Positions 38,691 to 51,157 are shown, counted from the stretch's first letter. The stretch: 64,000 nucleotides of DNA from Malacoraja senta (GCA_038087875.1 CM075995.1:9364001-9428000), one strand, 5' to 3'. The notes: generated from the sequence alone by a model not told the origin. A program made the numbers and translations.

Positions 38691-39438
38691 CAGAATCAGA
38701 ATCACACTTTATTCGCCAAGTATGTTTTGCAACATACGAAGAATTTCACTGGCTGTCAGTCATACAATTAAAAGCAACAGATCACTTCAAAAACACATTT
38801 TAACATGAACATCCACCACAGTGACTCCTCCACATTCCTCACTGTGATGGAAGGCAAAATAAAGTTCAAGTCCTTCCTTTTGTTCTTCCTCGATCGGGGG
38901 ACCTTGAGCCCTCCGTTGACGGGGCGATCTAGACTCCCGTAGCCGGCGGTGTTTGGGCCCTCCGCGTCGAGACGTTCAGCTCCTGCATCGGGGGGGATGT
39001 CAGCTCCCTCGCGCTGGACGATCGAACCTCGCGTCGGGGCTGGACGAACCTTCTGCGGCGTTGGAGCTCCCGACTAGCCTCTCCCGAGACTGCGAACCCT
39101 TGATGGTAAGTCCGCAGGCCGCGGTGGGAGCGATGCCAGGCAAGGGATCTGCTCCGATGTTAAGTCCGCGCCCCGCAGTGGGGCTCACGACAGTCCGAGG
39201 AGGCTCCCAGCTCCAGCGATGGTAGGCCGCAGAGCCCAGAGAATGTGGTCCGAAAATTGATCACATCTCCGGGAAGGTAGGAACCTGAAAAAAAAAAGTT
39301 TCCCCCCGATCCCTCCTCCCCCCCCCCCCCCCCCCCCAACACAAAACAAACCGAAGTACATTAAAACAAAATTAACAAAAAGATGAAAAAATGAACAGAC
39401 TGCCGGCAGGGCTGCCATCTCCCCGGCGCCCCTAGTGG
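38691..39438 (-). mobile_element. Non-coding retroelement with a Rex1-like (ATTCTG)n tail, inserted into a CR1 fragment
   Basis: The minus strand ends ...gaataaagtgtgattctgattctga. The host CR1 sequence gagcaatttt|gggccccatatttgaggaagg is split by it. A related 5' end occurs at about 48270-48420. Confidence 0.65.
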
Positions 39439-39714
39439 GCCCCATATTTGAGGAAGGATGTGCTGGCTCTGGAGAGGGTCCGGAGGAGGTTTACGAGAAT
39501 GATCCCAGGAATGAGTGGGTTAACATATGATTTGCACTTTTCCTTGCACTTATGTAAGCCTTTTCACAGTCTCATACTGCATTTTGCGTAACGTAAAATT
39601 CAACATATTATTGTCACTATTAAATATTAAGACCAACCGTGTTGTGGTCCAAAGTAAACTCTTGTTTCTCTTCTGTGATTACTGCTGAGTGCATTTCTTC
39701 TTTATTTTGGACAG

Positions 39715-39842
39715 GCACTTGCTAACCGAACAGCGGTAATTAGTGAACACAACAGCAAAGACAAGTACGACAATCAAGGTGGTGATTCTGACAAAGATCA
39801 TGGTGCCATTGAACCCAGGCGAATTAAGATCTTCGATGGGGG
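39715..39842 (+). CDS. HIVEP1: HIVEP1 coding exon (128 nt, phase 0/2): ALANRTAVISEHNSKDKYDNQGGDSDKDHGAIEPRRIKIFDG(G)
   Basis: Acceptor tttattttggacag at 39714. The conserved EPRRIKIFDGG motif ends at a GC donor (GG|GCAAGT). Too short for the ORF track. Confidence 0.9.
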
Positions 39843-39889
39843 GCAAGTTTACATTTCAACACTTTTTAGTTATGTTAGTAAAAAAATAA

Positions 39890-40485
39890 AGGGCCTGTCC
39901 CACTTGGGCGACCTAATCTGCGAGTTTGCCCTCGACTCATACTCGCAGCATGGTCGACACGGGGTCGTAGGTGGGCTTTGTAACTCTCCTTCATGCTCGA
40001 GAGTGGTCTCCACGTACTCGAGGCCTCAGCTAGGTCGCGGCGTTTTTATTCAATATGTTAAAAAATGCCCGCGAGTAAAAAAAGGTCGCCATGGAAGAAA
40101 TCAATACTTTTTTTTACTCGTAGATTTAGTCATAGTAGGTCGGCATGTTGGTCGGCATGTAATCGAGGGTAGTCGAAGGTAGTCGTAAATAGTCTTCATC
40201 AGAAATCCTTAAGGGGCTGTCCCACTTGGATGACCTAATTGGCGAGTTTAGAAGAGTTTGAAAAAATGACATGTTGAAGATCTTCTTCAACTATGTAGAA
40301 AACCTCCTTACACCTCCTTCGACTATGTTGAAGACCAGCTTCGACTAGCTACAACTAGCTATGACTAACTTCGGGAAAATTGGACACCGAATAGCGGAGA
40401 TTGAAGACAAACTCCTTCGACCTCCCTTCAACTATGATGAAGACTATCTACGACTACCTTCGACTACCCTCGAATACCTATGACC
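39890..40485. mobile_element. Two truncated Harbinger-type MITE left ends (about 39890 and 40213)
   Basis: aagggcctgtcccacttgg and aaggggctgtcccacttgg termini, the same TIR family as 5229 and 50928. No matching right TIR seen. Confidence 0.6.
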
Positions 40486-41574
40486 AACATGCATCACGCT
40501 CGGCATATGCATTGTGGGCCAAAGGGCCTATTCCTGTGCTAGTCATAGAGTCGTACAGTGTGAAAACAGGTCCTTCGGCCCAACCTGCCCACACCAATGT
40601 TCTATAATAGTTTCAAACCTTTTACACAATCCGCTGGTCAGAATACTGCATTAGCAGTTTGTTGGACTGCAGGATTTCGCATGGATGCTTGCCGACTAAG
40701 CACTGTTTCTATTTCTGGCTTTTTAGCTAAGCACTTTCCTCACCCAATATTCAATTAAATTAAAATAATTGATTGCAATTGGATGGTTTGCTGACTTATG
40801 AAAATCTCTTGACTGCAATGACAATGGAAAATAGGTCTGGGTGGTTTCATCAAATTCAATTAATTGATAATTCCACAGTGATCTTATAGAGGTGTATAAA
40901 ATCATGAGAGGAATAGATCGGATCGATGCACAGAGTCTCTTGTCCCGGATAGGGGAATCGAGGACCAGAGGACATAGGTTTAAAGTGAAGGGGGAAAAGA
41001 TTGAATAGGAATCTGGCGGGGTAACTTTTTCACACAAAGGGTGGTGGGTGTATGGAACGAGCTGCCGGAGGAGGTGGTTGAGGCTGGACTATCCCCACAT
41101 TTAAGAAGCACTTAGCGACAGGTACAATGGATAGGACAGGTTTGGAGGGATGTGGGACAAACTAGATGGGACATGTTTGGTCGGTGTGGGCAAGTTGGGC
41201 TGAAGGGCCTGTTTCCACACTGTAAGGACTCCACGGCTGAAAACGGAGGTTCCATTCAAAGCCGTCAGATTGATTGGAGGGAGAATTAAAAAAAAAAAGA
41301 TTTTTAATGACCCATTTAATTCATTATGGAAATAATGCTTTAATTTTTGTTGATTTACATGTTAATAAGTAATCAATTTGTATCTTTGAACATTCACTGA
41401 TATTCGGGATGTACATGGTGGAGGGAGGTTTGCCAAATGTAATCACAGACATCTTTAGAATGGGTTTGGGGCGAGGAGAGGGACCTGGATTGGCGGGCCG
41501 GGCCGGGCCGGGCCGCTTGAGGGAGATGGAGGAGATCCTGCAGCAGCCTGGGGCTTAGCTGGGCTTTTCGCAGC

Positions 41575-42940
41575 CGTAATAATAATAATAAGAACACACT
41601 TTATTCTCATTGTAAATACATACAACAGAATTCCAGGCGCACTGCCCGAGCGGAGCTCCAACGTAACAGATACATAAATAACGACAATGAAAACCGCAAA
41701 CACGGCAAGAAAAACGTCAAATCAAGTCAGAATGTGCAATATTTCACAGTATAGTGTTATAGCAGTACAAAATATTGGCTATGGGGGTGTGTATTCAGTG
41801 CAGAGTTCAGAGTGGTGATGGCCTTGGGGTAGAAACTGTTTGTTGATCTTGTGGTGTGTGATTTGATGGACCTGTAACGCTTTCCTGAGGGCAGAGGCCA
41901 AACAAGTGATGTGCAGGATGTGATGAGTCCTTTAGGATGCGTGATGCCTTCTGCAGGCAACGAGAGCTATAGATCTCTTCCAGGACAGGCAGGTGTGTGT
42001 TGGTGATCTTCTGGGCTGTATTGACGACTCTCTGCAGAGCCTTATTGTCAGCCGCAGAACTGTTGCCATACCACACCAGGATGCCATGTGTCAGGACTCT
42101 CTATGGAGCAACGGTAGAATGACACTAGCAGCTGTTGTGGCAAGTTGACTTTCCTGAGTGATCTTAGGAAGTAAAGCTGTTGTTGTGCCTTCTTTACCAG
42201 GGAGTGTGTGTTAGTTGACCACCTGAGATCTGCTGAGATGTGGGTGCCCAGGAGCCTGAAACTGGAGACTCTGTCCACTCTTTCTCCGTTTATGTGAAGT
42301 GGGGGATGGTCACCCTGCTTCTTCCTAAAGTCGATGATGAGCATTTTTTGTTTTCTTGGTATTGAGTGCTAAGTTGTTCTCTGAGCACCAGCCTATTAAC
42401 CTCTGTACCTCCTCCATGTCAGCTGACTCATCGCCCTCAGTGATCAGCCCAGCCACGGTCGTGTCGTCTGCAAATTTAATGATGGTGTTTGGGCTGTGGG
42501 TCAGTATGGAGTCATAGGTATAGAGGAGGGGGCTCAGCACACAGCCTTGTGGAGCTCCTGTGCTGAGTGTCAGAGTAGGGGAGTGGTGGGGTCCCATCCT
42601 GACTGACTGCGGCCGGTCCGTTAGGAAGTCTTTAATCCATGGGCAGATGTTGTGTTGGAAGCCTGGGTCAGACAGCTTGGAGACCAGTCTACTGGGTACG
42701 ACTGTGTTGAATGCAGAGCTGTAATCCACAAATAGCGGTCGTGCATATGCTCCCTGTTGTTCCAGGTGGAGCAATACAGTACGGGGCAGGGCAGTGGCAA
42801 TGGCGTGGTCCATTGATCTGTTTGCACTGTACGCATATTGGTGTGGATCCAGGGTTGATGGGAGAGTGGCCTTGATGTGCTTAAGGACCAATCTCTCCAG
42901 GCACTTCATGATTATTGGCTGTAGTCGTTGAGGCAGGGTT
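41575..42940 (-). mobile_element. Rex1/Babar LINE fragment (second family), frameshifted RT
   Basis: [45 protein letters not shown] and LYFLRSLRK..FYRCSIES. Confidence 0.88.
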
Positions 42941-43915
42941 ATGGCTGACTGGTTAAGTATGTACGGTTATAGCGGCGACACGGGCGAACCCGAACAGAGA
43001 GGGACCCAGTGGGCCACCGCAACTGAAGACCGGCCCGGCGGGCCACCCTCGGTTACGTGTGGCGGCAGGCCTGGCTCGCTGCCGCGCAGAAGGTGGGCTA
43101 CTGCCTGCAGGGGAAGCTCAGAAACCTCCCAGCTCGGCCCCGACGACCAGAGAGTCAAGGAGGAGCAAATAGTGAAAGGCCTGGATAGAGTGGATGTGGA
43201 GAGGATGTTTCCACTAGTGGGAGAGTCTAGGACCAGAGGGCACAGCCTCAGAATAAAAAGGACATGCCTTTACGAAGGATATCAAGAGGAATTTCTCTAG
43301 TCAGAGGGTGGTGAATCTGCGGAATTCATTGCCACAGACGGCTGTGGAGGCCAAGTCATTGGATATTTTTAAGGCGGAGATTGATAGATTCTTGATTAGT
43401 ACGGGTGTCAAGGGTTATGGGACGAAGGCAGGAGAATGGGGTTAGGTGGGAAAGTTAGATCAGCCATGATTGAATGGCGTAGACTTGATGGGCCGAATGG
43501 CCTAATTCTGCTCCTGTAACTATGGGAACTTAGGATGGGAACCTAGGATAGGAAGAACGGATGCGAGGATTGGGCCGGTAGGAGAGGGACTGGGGTAATG
43601 CGTCCAGCGCCTTCAAGGTGGGCTGCAGGAGGAGCCCCCGGGACACAGAGGCGGTCGGGCGAGGAGAGGAGAGGGACGTGGGTCGGCAGGCCGAGTTGGT
43701 CGAGGGTGACGGAGGAGGCCCAGCAGTAGCCTAGGGCTCGCCTGGATCTGCTGCCCCTCCAGTACATGGAGTCCATCGACCGGACTTCGGACTTTATCCT
43801 GGCGCCAAAACATTGGCCACCCACCAATGACTCCGCCAATCCTCGCCCCCAACTGGCCGAGACCGTTACCTGGGTTCCAATTCCATACTGAGAATCTGAA
43901 TAAGGGTCGCCTCCC

Positions 43916-44241
43916 GAAACGTCACCTATCCATGTTCTCCAGAGATGCTGCCTGACCCGCTGAGTTACTCCAGCACTCTGTGAAACGTCACCAATCCATG
44001 TTCTCCACAGATGCTGCCTGACCCGCTGAGTTACTCCAGCACTCTGTGAAACGTCACCAATCCATGTTCTCCACAGATGCTGCCTGACCCGCTGAGTTAC
44101 TCCAGCACTCTGTGAAACGTCACCTATCCATGTTCTCCAGAGATGCTGCCTGACCCGCTGAGTTACTCCAGCACTCTGTGAAACGTCACCTATCCATGTT
44201 CTCCACAGATGCTGCCTGACCCGCTGAGTTATTCCAGCACT
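43916..44241 (+). repeat. Tandem array, 5 x 66 bp, of a Penelope terminal-repeat segment
   Basis: Unit gaaacgtcacctatccatgttctccagagatgctgcctgacccgctgagttactccagcactctgt starts at 43916, 43982, 44048, 44114 and 44180. Confidence 0.92.
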
Positions 44242-44564
44242 GATTCATTTTGTGTATTAACAAACATCTGCAGTTGTTGCCTTTACTTATACATTGATAA
44301 TCCCTTACTCGGTTATAGCAGACAATTGGCTATAACGGACACCATTGCCACCCACCCATGGTCCATTATAACGAGGGTTTACTGTATTTGTAAGTTGTTG
44401 AAGATTTGCTTCTGTACCATTTAATTCTGGGACACAAGAGGTGAGGTGTAGAGTTTGGGAGAGAAAAGCAACCAACATTGGGCATGGAACAGTAGCCTGA
44501 ATATCACTCATCTTGCCAGCACTTCATGCCAAAAGTACTAATAAATACCACTTTCCTTTATCTA

Positions 44565-45645
44565 GACTACATTTCTTCTCACCTTGCTTCCTGTAAGGAC
44601 TCTATCCCCGACTCCTAATTCCTCCGTCTACGCCGCATCTGCACCCAGGATGAGGTTTTCCATACCAGGGCATCGGAGATGTACTCATTCTTTAGGGAAC
44701 GGGGGTGCCCTTCTTCGACTATAGATGAGGCTCTCACTAGGGTCTCCTCGATATCCCGCAGCTCCACTCTTACTCCCACTCCCCCCATTCATAACAAGGA
44801 CAGAGTCCCCCTTGTCCTCACCTTCCACCCTATCAGCCGTCACAAACAACACATAATCCTCCGACATTTTCGCCATCTCCAACGGGATCCCACTATTGGC
44901 CACATCTTCCCATCTCCTCCCCTTTCTGCTTTCCGCAGAGACCCTTCCCTCCGCAACTTCCTGGTCAACTCGTCCCTTCCCACCCAAACCACCCCCTCCC
45001 CGGGTACTTTCCCCTGCAACCGCAGGAGATGCAATGCCTGTCCCTATACCTCCCCCCTCTACTCCATCCAAAGACCCCGACAGTCTTTCCAGGTGAGGCA
45101 GAGATTCACTTGCACCTCCTCCAACCTCATCTACTGTATCCGCTGTTCCAGGTGTGGACTCCTGTACATCGGCGAGACCAAGCGCAGGATCGGCGATCGT
45201 TTCACTGAACCCTCCGCTCAGTCCGCCATATCCTGCCTGATCTCCCGGTGTCCCAGCACTACCTCCCCCTCCAATTCCCAATCTGACCTTTCTGTTCTGG
45301 GCATCCTCCATTGTCAGAGTGAGGCTTAGCCCAAATTGGAGGAACAGCTCCTCATATTTCGCTTGGGTAGTTTACACCCCAGCGGTATGAACATTGACTT
45401 CTCCAAATTCAGATAGCCCTTGCTTTCCCCCTCTCTCAATCCCCTCCCCATTCCCAGTTCTCCCTCCAGTCTTACTGTCTCCGACTACATTTGAACTCTG
45501 TCCCGCCCACTCCCCTGACATCAGTCTGTAGAAGGGTCTCGACCTGAAACGTCACCCATCGCTTCTCGCCAGTGGGCCTGCCCCACTGAGTTACTGCAGC
45601 ATTTTATGTCTTTGATTTAAACCAGCATCTGCAGTTCTTTTCTAC
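44565..45645 (+). mobile_element. Penelope-like retroelement 3' part with GIY-YIG endonuclease and terminal repeat
   Basis: ORF 44679-45329: PLVLTFHP, CNRRRCNAC, FTCTSSNLIYCIRCSRCGLLYIGETKR. Followed at about 45525 by ctgtagaagggtctcgacctgaaacgtc. Confidence 0.88.
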
Positions 45646-45654
45646 CACTTTCCT

Positions 45655-45938
45655 TTAGTTAAATTGAGAGATACCGCACGGAAACAGGCCCTTCGGCCCA
45701 CCGAGTCCGCACTGACTAGTGATCCCCGCACTATCCTACACACACTAGGGACAATTTACACTTAAACCAAGCCAATTAACCTACAAGTTTGTACGTCTTT
45801 GGAGTGTGGGAGGAAACCAAAGATCTCAGGAAAAACCCAACGGGGTCACGGGGAGAACGTACAAACTCCGTACAGACAGCGCCTGTAGTCGGGATCGAAC
45901 CCGGGTCTCTGGCGCCGTGTCAGCAACTCTACCCGCTG
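45655..45938 (-). mobile_element. V-SINE
   Basis: B-box gggttcgatccc on the minus strand, V-domain and tail. Confidence 0.75.
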
Positions 45939-46328
45939 TGAGATCTTGTGTGAGATAATTGGCAAATCTGAGGAAATGAACCAAAATTGGCATGATGCAT
46001 TGCACTGGTTTTCCCTTTAATATCTCCTCTTTCACCTTCCCCCCATCCCGTTTCGCCCATATCCTTTCATCCAGTTTTACATTTCACCCCTCCTCCTCAC
46101 CTTATCCCTTCTCATCTCCTGCCTTTGTCATTAACTCCACCTCCCAATCTAAACCCCCATCACCTGCATCCGATCACTTGCCAGACTTTGTCCTGCTTAC
46201 TCCATTCAATCTGTAGAAGGGTCACCTATACATTCCCTCCTCAGACGCTGCCTGACCCGCTGAGTTTCTTCAGCTCTTTCTGTTTTGCATGACATAATTA
46301 GGAGCATTAATTCATTTAAAACTGCTTG

Positions 46329-46850
46329 TTTAAGAAGGAACTGCTGATGCTGGAAAATCGAAGGTAGACAAAAATGCTGGAGAAACTCAGCGGGTGAGGC
46401 AGCATCTATGGAGCGAAGGAAATAGGCGACGTTTCGAGACCCTTCTTCAGACTGATGTGGGGGTGGGGGTGCGGGAAGAAGAAAGGAAGAGGCGGAGACA
46501 GTGGGCTGTGGGAGAGCTGGGAACGGGAGGGGAAAGGGAGAAAGCAGGGACTACCTGAAATTGGAGAAGTCAATGTTCATACCACTGGGGTGTAAACTAC
46601 CCAAGCAAAATATGAGGTGCTGCTCCTCCAATTTACGGTGGGCCTCACTCTGGCCATGGAGGAGGCCCAGGACAGAAAGGTCGGAGTCGGAATGGGAGGG
46701 GGAGTTGAAGTGCTGAGCCACCGGGAGATCAGGTTGGTTATTGCGAACCGAACAGAGGTGTTGTGTGAAGCGATCGCCAAGTCTGCGCTTGGTCTCACCG
46801 ATGTAGAGCAGCTGACACCTAGAGCAGCGGATGCAATAGATGAGGTTGGA
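46329..46850 (-). mobile_element. 5'-truncated Penelope-like element with 15-bp TSD
   Basis: The minus strand reads SNLIYCIRCSRCQLLYIGETKRRLGDRF...LEEQHLIF. atttaaaactgcttg is duplicated at 46314-46328 and 46851-46865. Confidence 0.85.
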
Positions 46851-47762
46851 ATTTAAAACTGCTTGCTGTCTTGCTGAGCATTAATTAAAAAAATAAAAAA
46901 TAAATTTAGATTTCCAGCATTAGTTTTTGAATCAAAGTAATGAAACTGTATTAGACATCAGTTTAATTATCATTCCTCTCCATCTGCTTCCTGTTATTCT
47001 CTTACTGTCAGTCTCTTAGCAGATGTCTAGGAGCTGCCTGAAGCCACAGCAAGCTAGTGCCAGAAGGATTCATGTAAAGAGCCACACTACATGAATCAAG
47101 TTGAATGGGGAAATGGGACTACGCTTTAAGAATAGAAGGATCTCGAGAGCATTAGAGTTATACAGCGAGGAAACAGGCCCTTTGGCCCAACTTGCCCGTG
47201 CCGACCAACATGTACGCCATTAGGGTTGCCATTGGGTGAAATTAGGTTGTCCCATACAGGACCGCCCTTGTCCCGTATTTGACCGCTACTGCTCGGGTCG
47301 AGGGGACTGTTGGGTCAGAGCGCCGCGTCCGGCCCCGCCTCACCCGTCCCGACGTAGTGCAGCCCGTGGAGTGCAGATCAGTTGCCTGATAACAGCCGGG
47401 AAGAAATTGTCCCTGAATCTGGAGGTGTGCGTTTTCACACTTCTGTACCTCTTGCCTGATGGGAGAGGGGAGAAGAGGGAGTGGTCAGGGTGAGACTGGT
47501 CCTTGATTATGCTGCTGGCCTTGCCGAGGCAGCGTGAGGTATAGATGGAGTCAATGGAAGGGAGGTTGGTTTGTGTGATGGTCAGGGCTGCGTCCACAAT
47601 TCGCTGCAATTTCTTGCGGTCTTAAAATGATTCAGCACCTTCTGTGAAAATATGAGCAGATATTTTTATTCATAATCAATGTTTGTCCATGTGTCGTGTA
47701 GCCAATGCTTCTGAAAGAAGACAATAACACTATATTATAATCCTACTTTTATTTTGCTGCAG

Positions 47763-47938
47763 ATTTAAATCAAATGAAGAGTACGTGTATGTTCGGGGCC
47801 GGGGGAGGGGGAAGTACATCTGTGAGGAATGTGGGATACGCTGCAAGAAGCCCAGTATGTTGAGGAAGCATATCCGCACTCATACAGACCTTCGTCCTTA
47901 TCATTGCAACTACTGCAACTTCTCCTTCAAAACTAAAG
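47763..47938 (+). CDS. HIVEP1: HIVEP1 coding exon (176 nt, phase 2/1): C-terminal ZAS finger and first half of the last finger
   Basis: Acceptor ttttgctgcag at 47762; [58 protein letters not shown]; donor G|GTAAGT at 47939. Confidence 0.96.
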
Positions 47939-50344
47939 GTAAGTACCGACCAGACTCTTCACAAGATCATCAGTGACACGAGCAGAATTAGGCCATTCGG
48001 CCCATCAAGTCATGGCTGATCGATCTCTCCCTCCTAACCCCATTCGCCTGCCTTCTCCCCATAACCCCTGACACCCGTACTAATCAGGAATCTGCCAATG
48101 TCAGCCTTAAATATATCCGCTGACTTGGCCTCCACAGCCGTCTGTGGCAATGAATTCCACAGATTCACCGCCCTCTGACTCAAGAAATTCCTCCTCATCT
48201 CCTTCCTAAAAGTACGTCCTTTAATTCTGAGGCTGTGACCTCTGGTCCTAGACTCTCCCACTGGTGAAAACGGTTTCCCTCTTACCCTCCCCACCTCCCC
48301 CACATAAAAAGACTAACAAACCTCCAAAAACATACCTTTAAACAGACTAAAAATAACAAAAAGACAAAAAAGCAGACAGACTGTAGGCAGAGGCTGCCAT
48401 CATACGGCGCCCCCTGGTGGACATCTTGCAATAAATGTATCTCGCAGTAATCGTAAGAATTCTCCCAACTCTGCTAGCCCTTACTGTCCCCTCCCCTTCA
48501 TCAGCCCTCTGGTTGTCACCTCCCATCCCCCAGCCCTCGGGCTCCTCCTCCGCCTTTTTTCCTTTATTCCTTTCTTCTCCCCATCCCCTATCAGTCTGAA
48601 GAAGGGTTTCGGCCCGAAACGTTGCCTATTTCCTTCGCTCCATAGATGCTGCTGCACCCGCTGAGTTTCTCCAGCATTGTTGTGTACCTACAATAAATGT
48701 AAACTTGTACTTGAAACGTCATCCTTCTAAACTCCAGCGAGTACAGGCCCAGTGCCATCAAACATTCATCATATGTTAACCTACTTATCCTTTTACCAGG
48801 ATGTCGCCAGGACCCGATGGTCTGAGCCATAGGGAGAGCTTGGGTCTCTATTCCATGGAGCGCAGGAGGATGAGGGGAGATCTTATAGAGGTGTACAAAA
48901 TCATGATAGGAATAGATCGGGTAGACGCACAGAGTCTCACCCAGAGTAGGGGAATCGAGGACCAGAGGACGTAGGTTTAAGGTAAAAGGGAAAAGGTTTT
49001 AAGGGTGGTGGGTGTATGGAACAAGCTGCCAGAGGAGGTAGTTGAGGCAGGGACTGTCCCAACATTTAAGAAACAGCTAGACAGGTACATGGATAGGACA
49101 GGTTTAGAGGGATATGGGCGAAAGCGGCAAGGTGGAACTAGTGTGAATGGGACATATCGGCCGGTGTGGGCAGGTTGGGCCAAATGGCCTGTTTCCACGC
49201 TCTATGACTTGATGGGCCGAATGCTTCCAATGCCTTATGGTCCTATGTTTGATGATCTTACTAATGTTGCTGCAGCAACCATACCACTGTGCCACCCCAT
49301 TCATCATGGCATGGTGTTCAGCACACACATTGTGACTGAAGGCCGCCCTCTTCTGTGCTTTTATTTATTAGAATATTTAAGACTGAGGTGAGAAAAAATG
49401 TTGTCACCCAGAGAGTTGTGAATTTGTGGAATTCCCTACCACAGAGGGCAGTGGAGGCCAAGTCACTGGATGGATTTAAGAGAGAGTTAGATAGAGCTCT
49501 AGGGGCTAGTGGAGTCAAGGGATATGGGGAGAAGGCAGGCACGGGTTATTGATAGGGGACGATCAGCCATGATCACAATGAATGGCGGTGCTGGCTCGAA
49601 GGGCCGAATGGCCGCCTCCTGCACCTATTTTCTATGTTTCTATGTTCTACCTCAAGAAAACCACATTATAGATTGTTATGGCACCTTTCAGCTGCCCACT
49701 GGGGTTGAATTTCTAGGCACTCATTTTTAGATGTTGTGGTTCAACTCGAGATGGTACAGATCCTGTAAGATAGATTGGAACTTCTACATTTGTAGGAAGG
49801 AACTGCAGGTGCTGGTTCACACCGAAGGTAGACACAAAATGCTGGAGTAACTCAACGGGGAACACAGCATCTCTGGAGAAAAGCAATAGGTGACGTTTTG
49901 GGTCGATACCCTTCATCTTCAGAAGGGTTTTGACCCGAAACGTCACCTTTCCTCCAGAAATGCTGCCTGAACCGCTGTGTTACTCCTGCACTTTGTGTTT
50001 ATCTTTGGAACGTCTACAGCCTACACATAATTACAGGGTGACACTATCCTACACCCACTAGGGACAATTTTTACATTTACCAAGCCAATTAGCCTACATA
50101 CCTGTACGTCTTTGGAGTGTGGGAAGAAACCGAAGATCTCTGAGAAAACCCACGCAGGTCACGGGGGGACGTACAAACTCCGTACAGACAGCACCCATAG
50201 TCAGGATGGAACCCGGGTCTCCGGCGCTGCAGTCGCTGTAAGGCAAAAACTATACCGCAGCGCCACCGCGACTGCCCGTGCTACCAGAGGTTAATTAAAT
50301 TTGCAATGTATCGTACTGCCTTTTCAGCCTTCCTGCTCGCATAT

Positions 50345-50887
50345 TCAGTTTAGTTTCGAGGTACAACGCGCAAACAGGCCCTTTGGCCCACCGAGTCCTC
50401 GCCGATCAGCGATCACCCATTCACACTAGTTCTATCCTACACAATAGGGACAATTTACAGGAGCCAATTAACCTACAAACCTGTACGCCTTTGGAGTGTG
50501 GGGGGAAACCGGAGAAAACCCACAAATTCACAGTGAGAACGTACACACTCCATAAAGACAGCGCCCGTAGTCAGGATCGAACCTGGATCTCTGGAGCTGT
50601 AAGGCTGCAACTCCATAAAGACAGCACCCATAGTCAGGATCGAACCTGGATTTCTAGAGCTGTAAGGCAGCAACTCCATAAAGACAGCGGCCATAGTCAG
50701 GATCGAACCTGGATCTCTAGAGCTGTAAGGCTGCAACTTCATAAAGACAGCGGCCATAGTCAGGATCGAACCTGGATCTCTGGAGCTGTAAGGCTGCAAC
50801 TCCATAAAGACAGCGGCCATAGTCAGGATCGAACCTGGATCTCTAGAGCTGTAAGGCTGCAACTCTACCGCTGCGCCACTGTGCCGC
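50345..50887 (-). mobile_element. V-SINE with 5 tandem 63-bp copies of its B-box region (50548-50862)
   Basis: Unit ctccataaagacagc...ggatcgaacctgg...gcaa starts at 50548, 50611, 50674, 50737 and 50800. Confidence 0.88.
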
Positions 50888-50927
50888 TCTAAACTAAACT
50901 AAACTAAACTAAACTGAATTTGAGTAA

Positions 50928-51157
50928 AGATCCTGTCCCACTTGGCGATTTTCTTTCGGCGACTGCCGGCGTCAAATCAGTGTCACCAAAAGATTTTGAA
51001 CATTTCAGAATCCAGCGGCGACAAAAAAAAATGTTGCGACACTTGAAAAAACACCGCGTGTCAATACGTCGTCATATCGCGAATTTTTTGGTGACCTGAT
51101 ACGTCAGTCAATGATGCCGGCATTCGCCAAAAAAAATCACCAAGTGGGACAGGCCCT
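50928..51157. mobile_element. Harbinger-type MITE (230 bp)
   Basis: TIR ...cctgtcccacttggcgatttt / aaaatcaccaagtgggacaggccct. TAA duplicated at 50925-50927 and 51158-51160. Confidence 0.82.

Noticed and set aside
43916..44241. CRISPR-like regular array (also 50548-50862 and 59081-59520)
   Set aside because: The units are contiguous without unique spacers, derive from retroelement parts, and lie in eukaryotic DNA with no cas genes.
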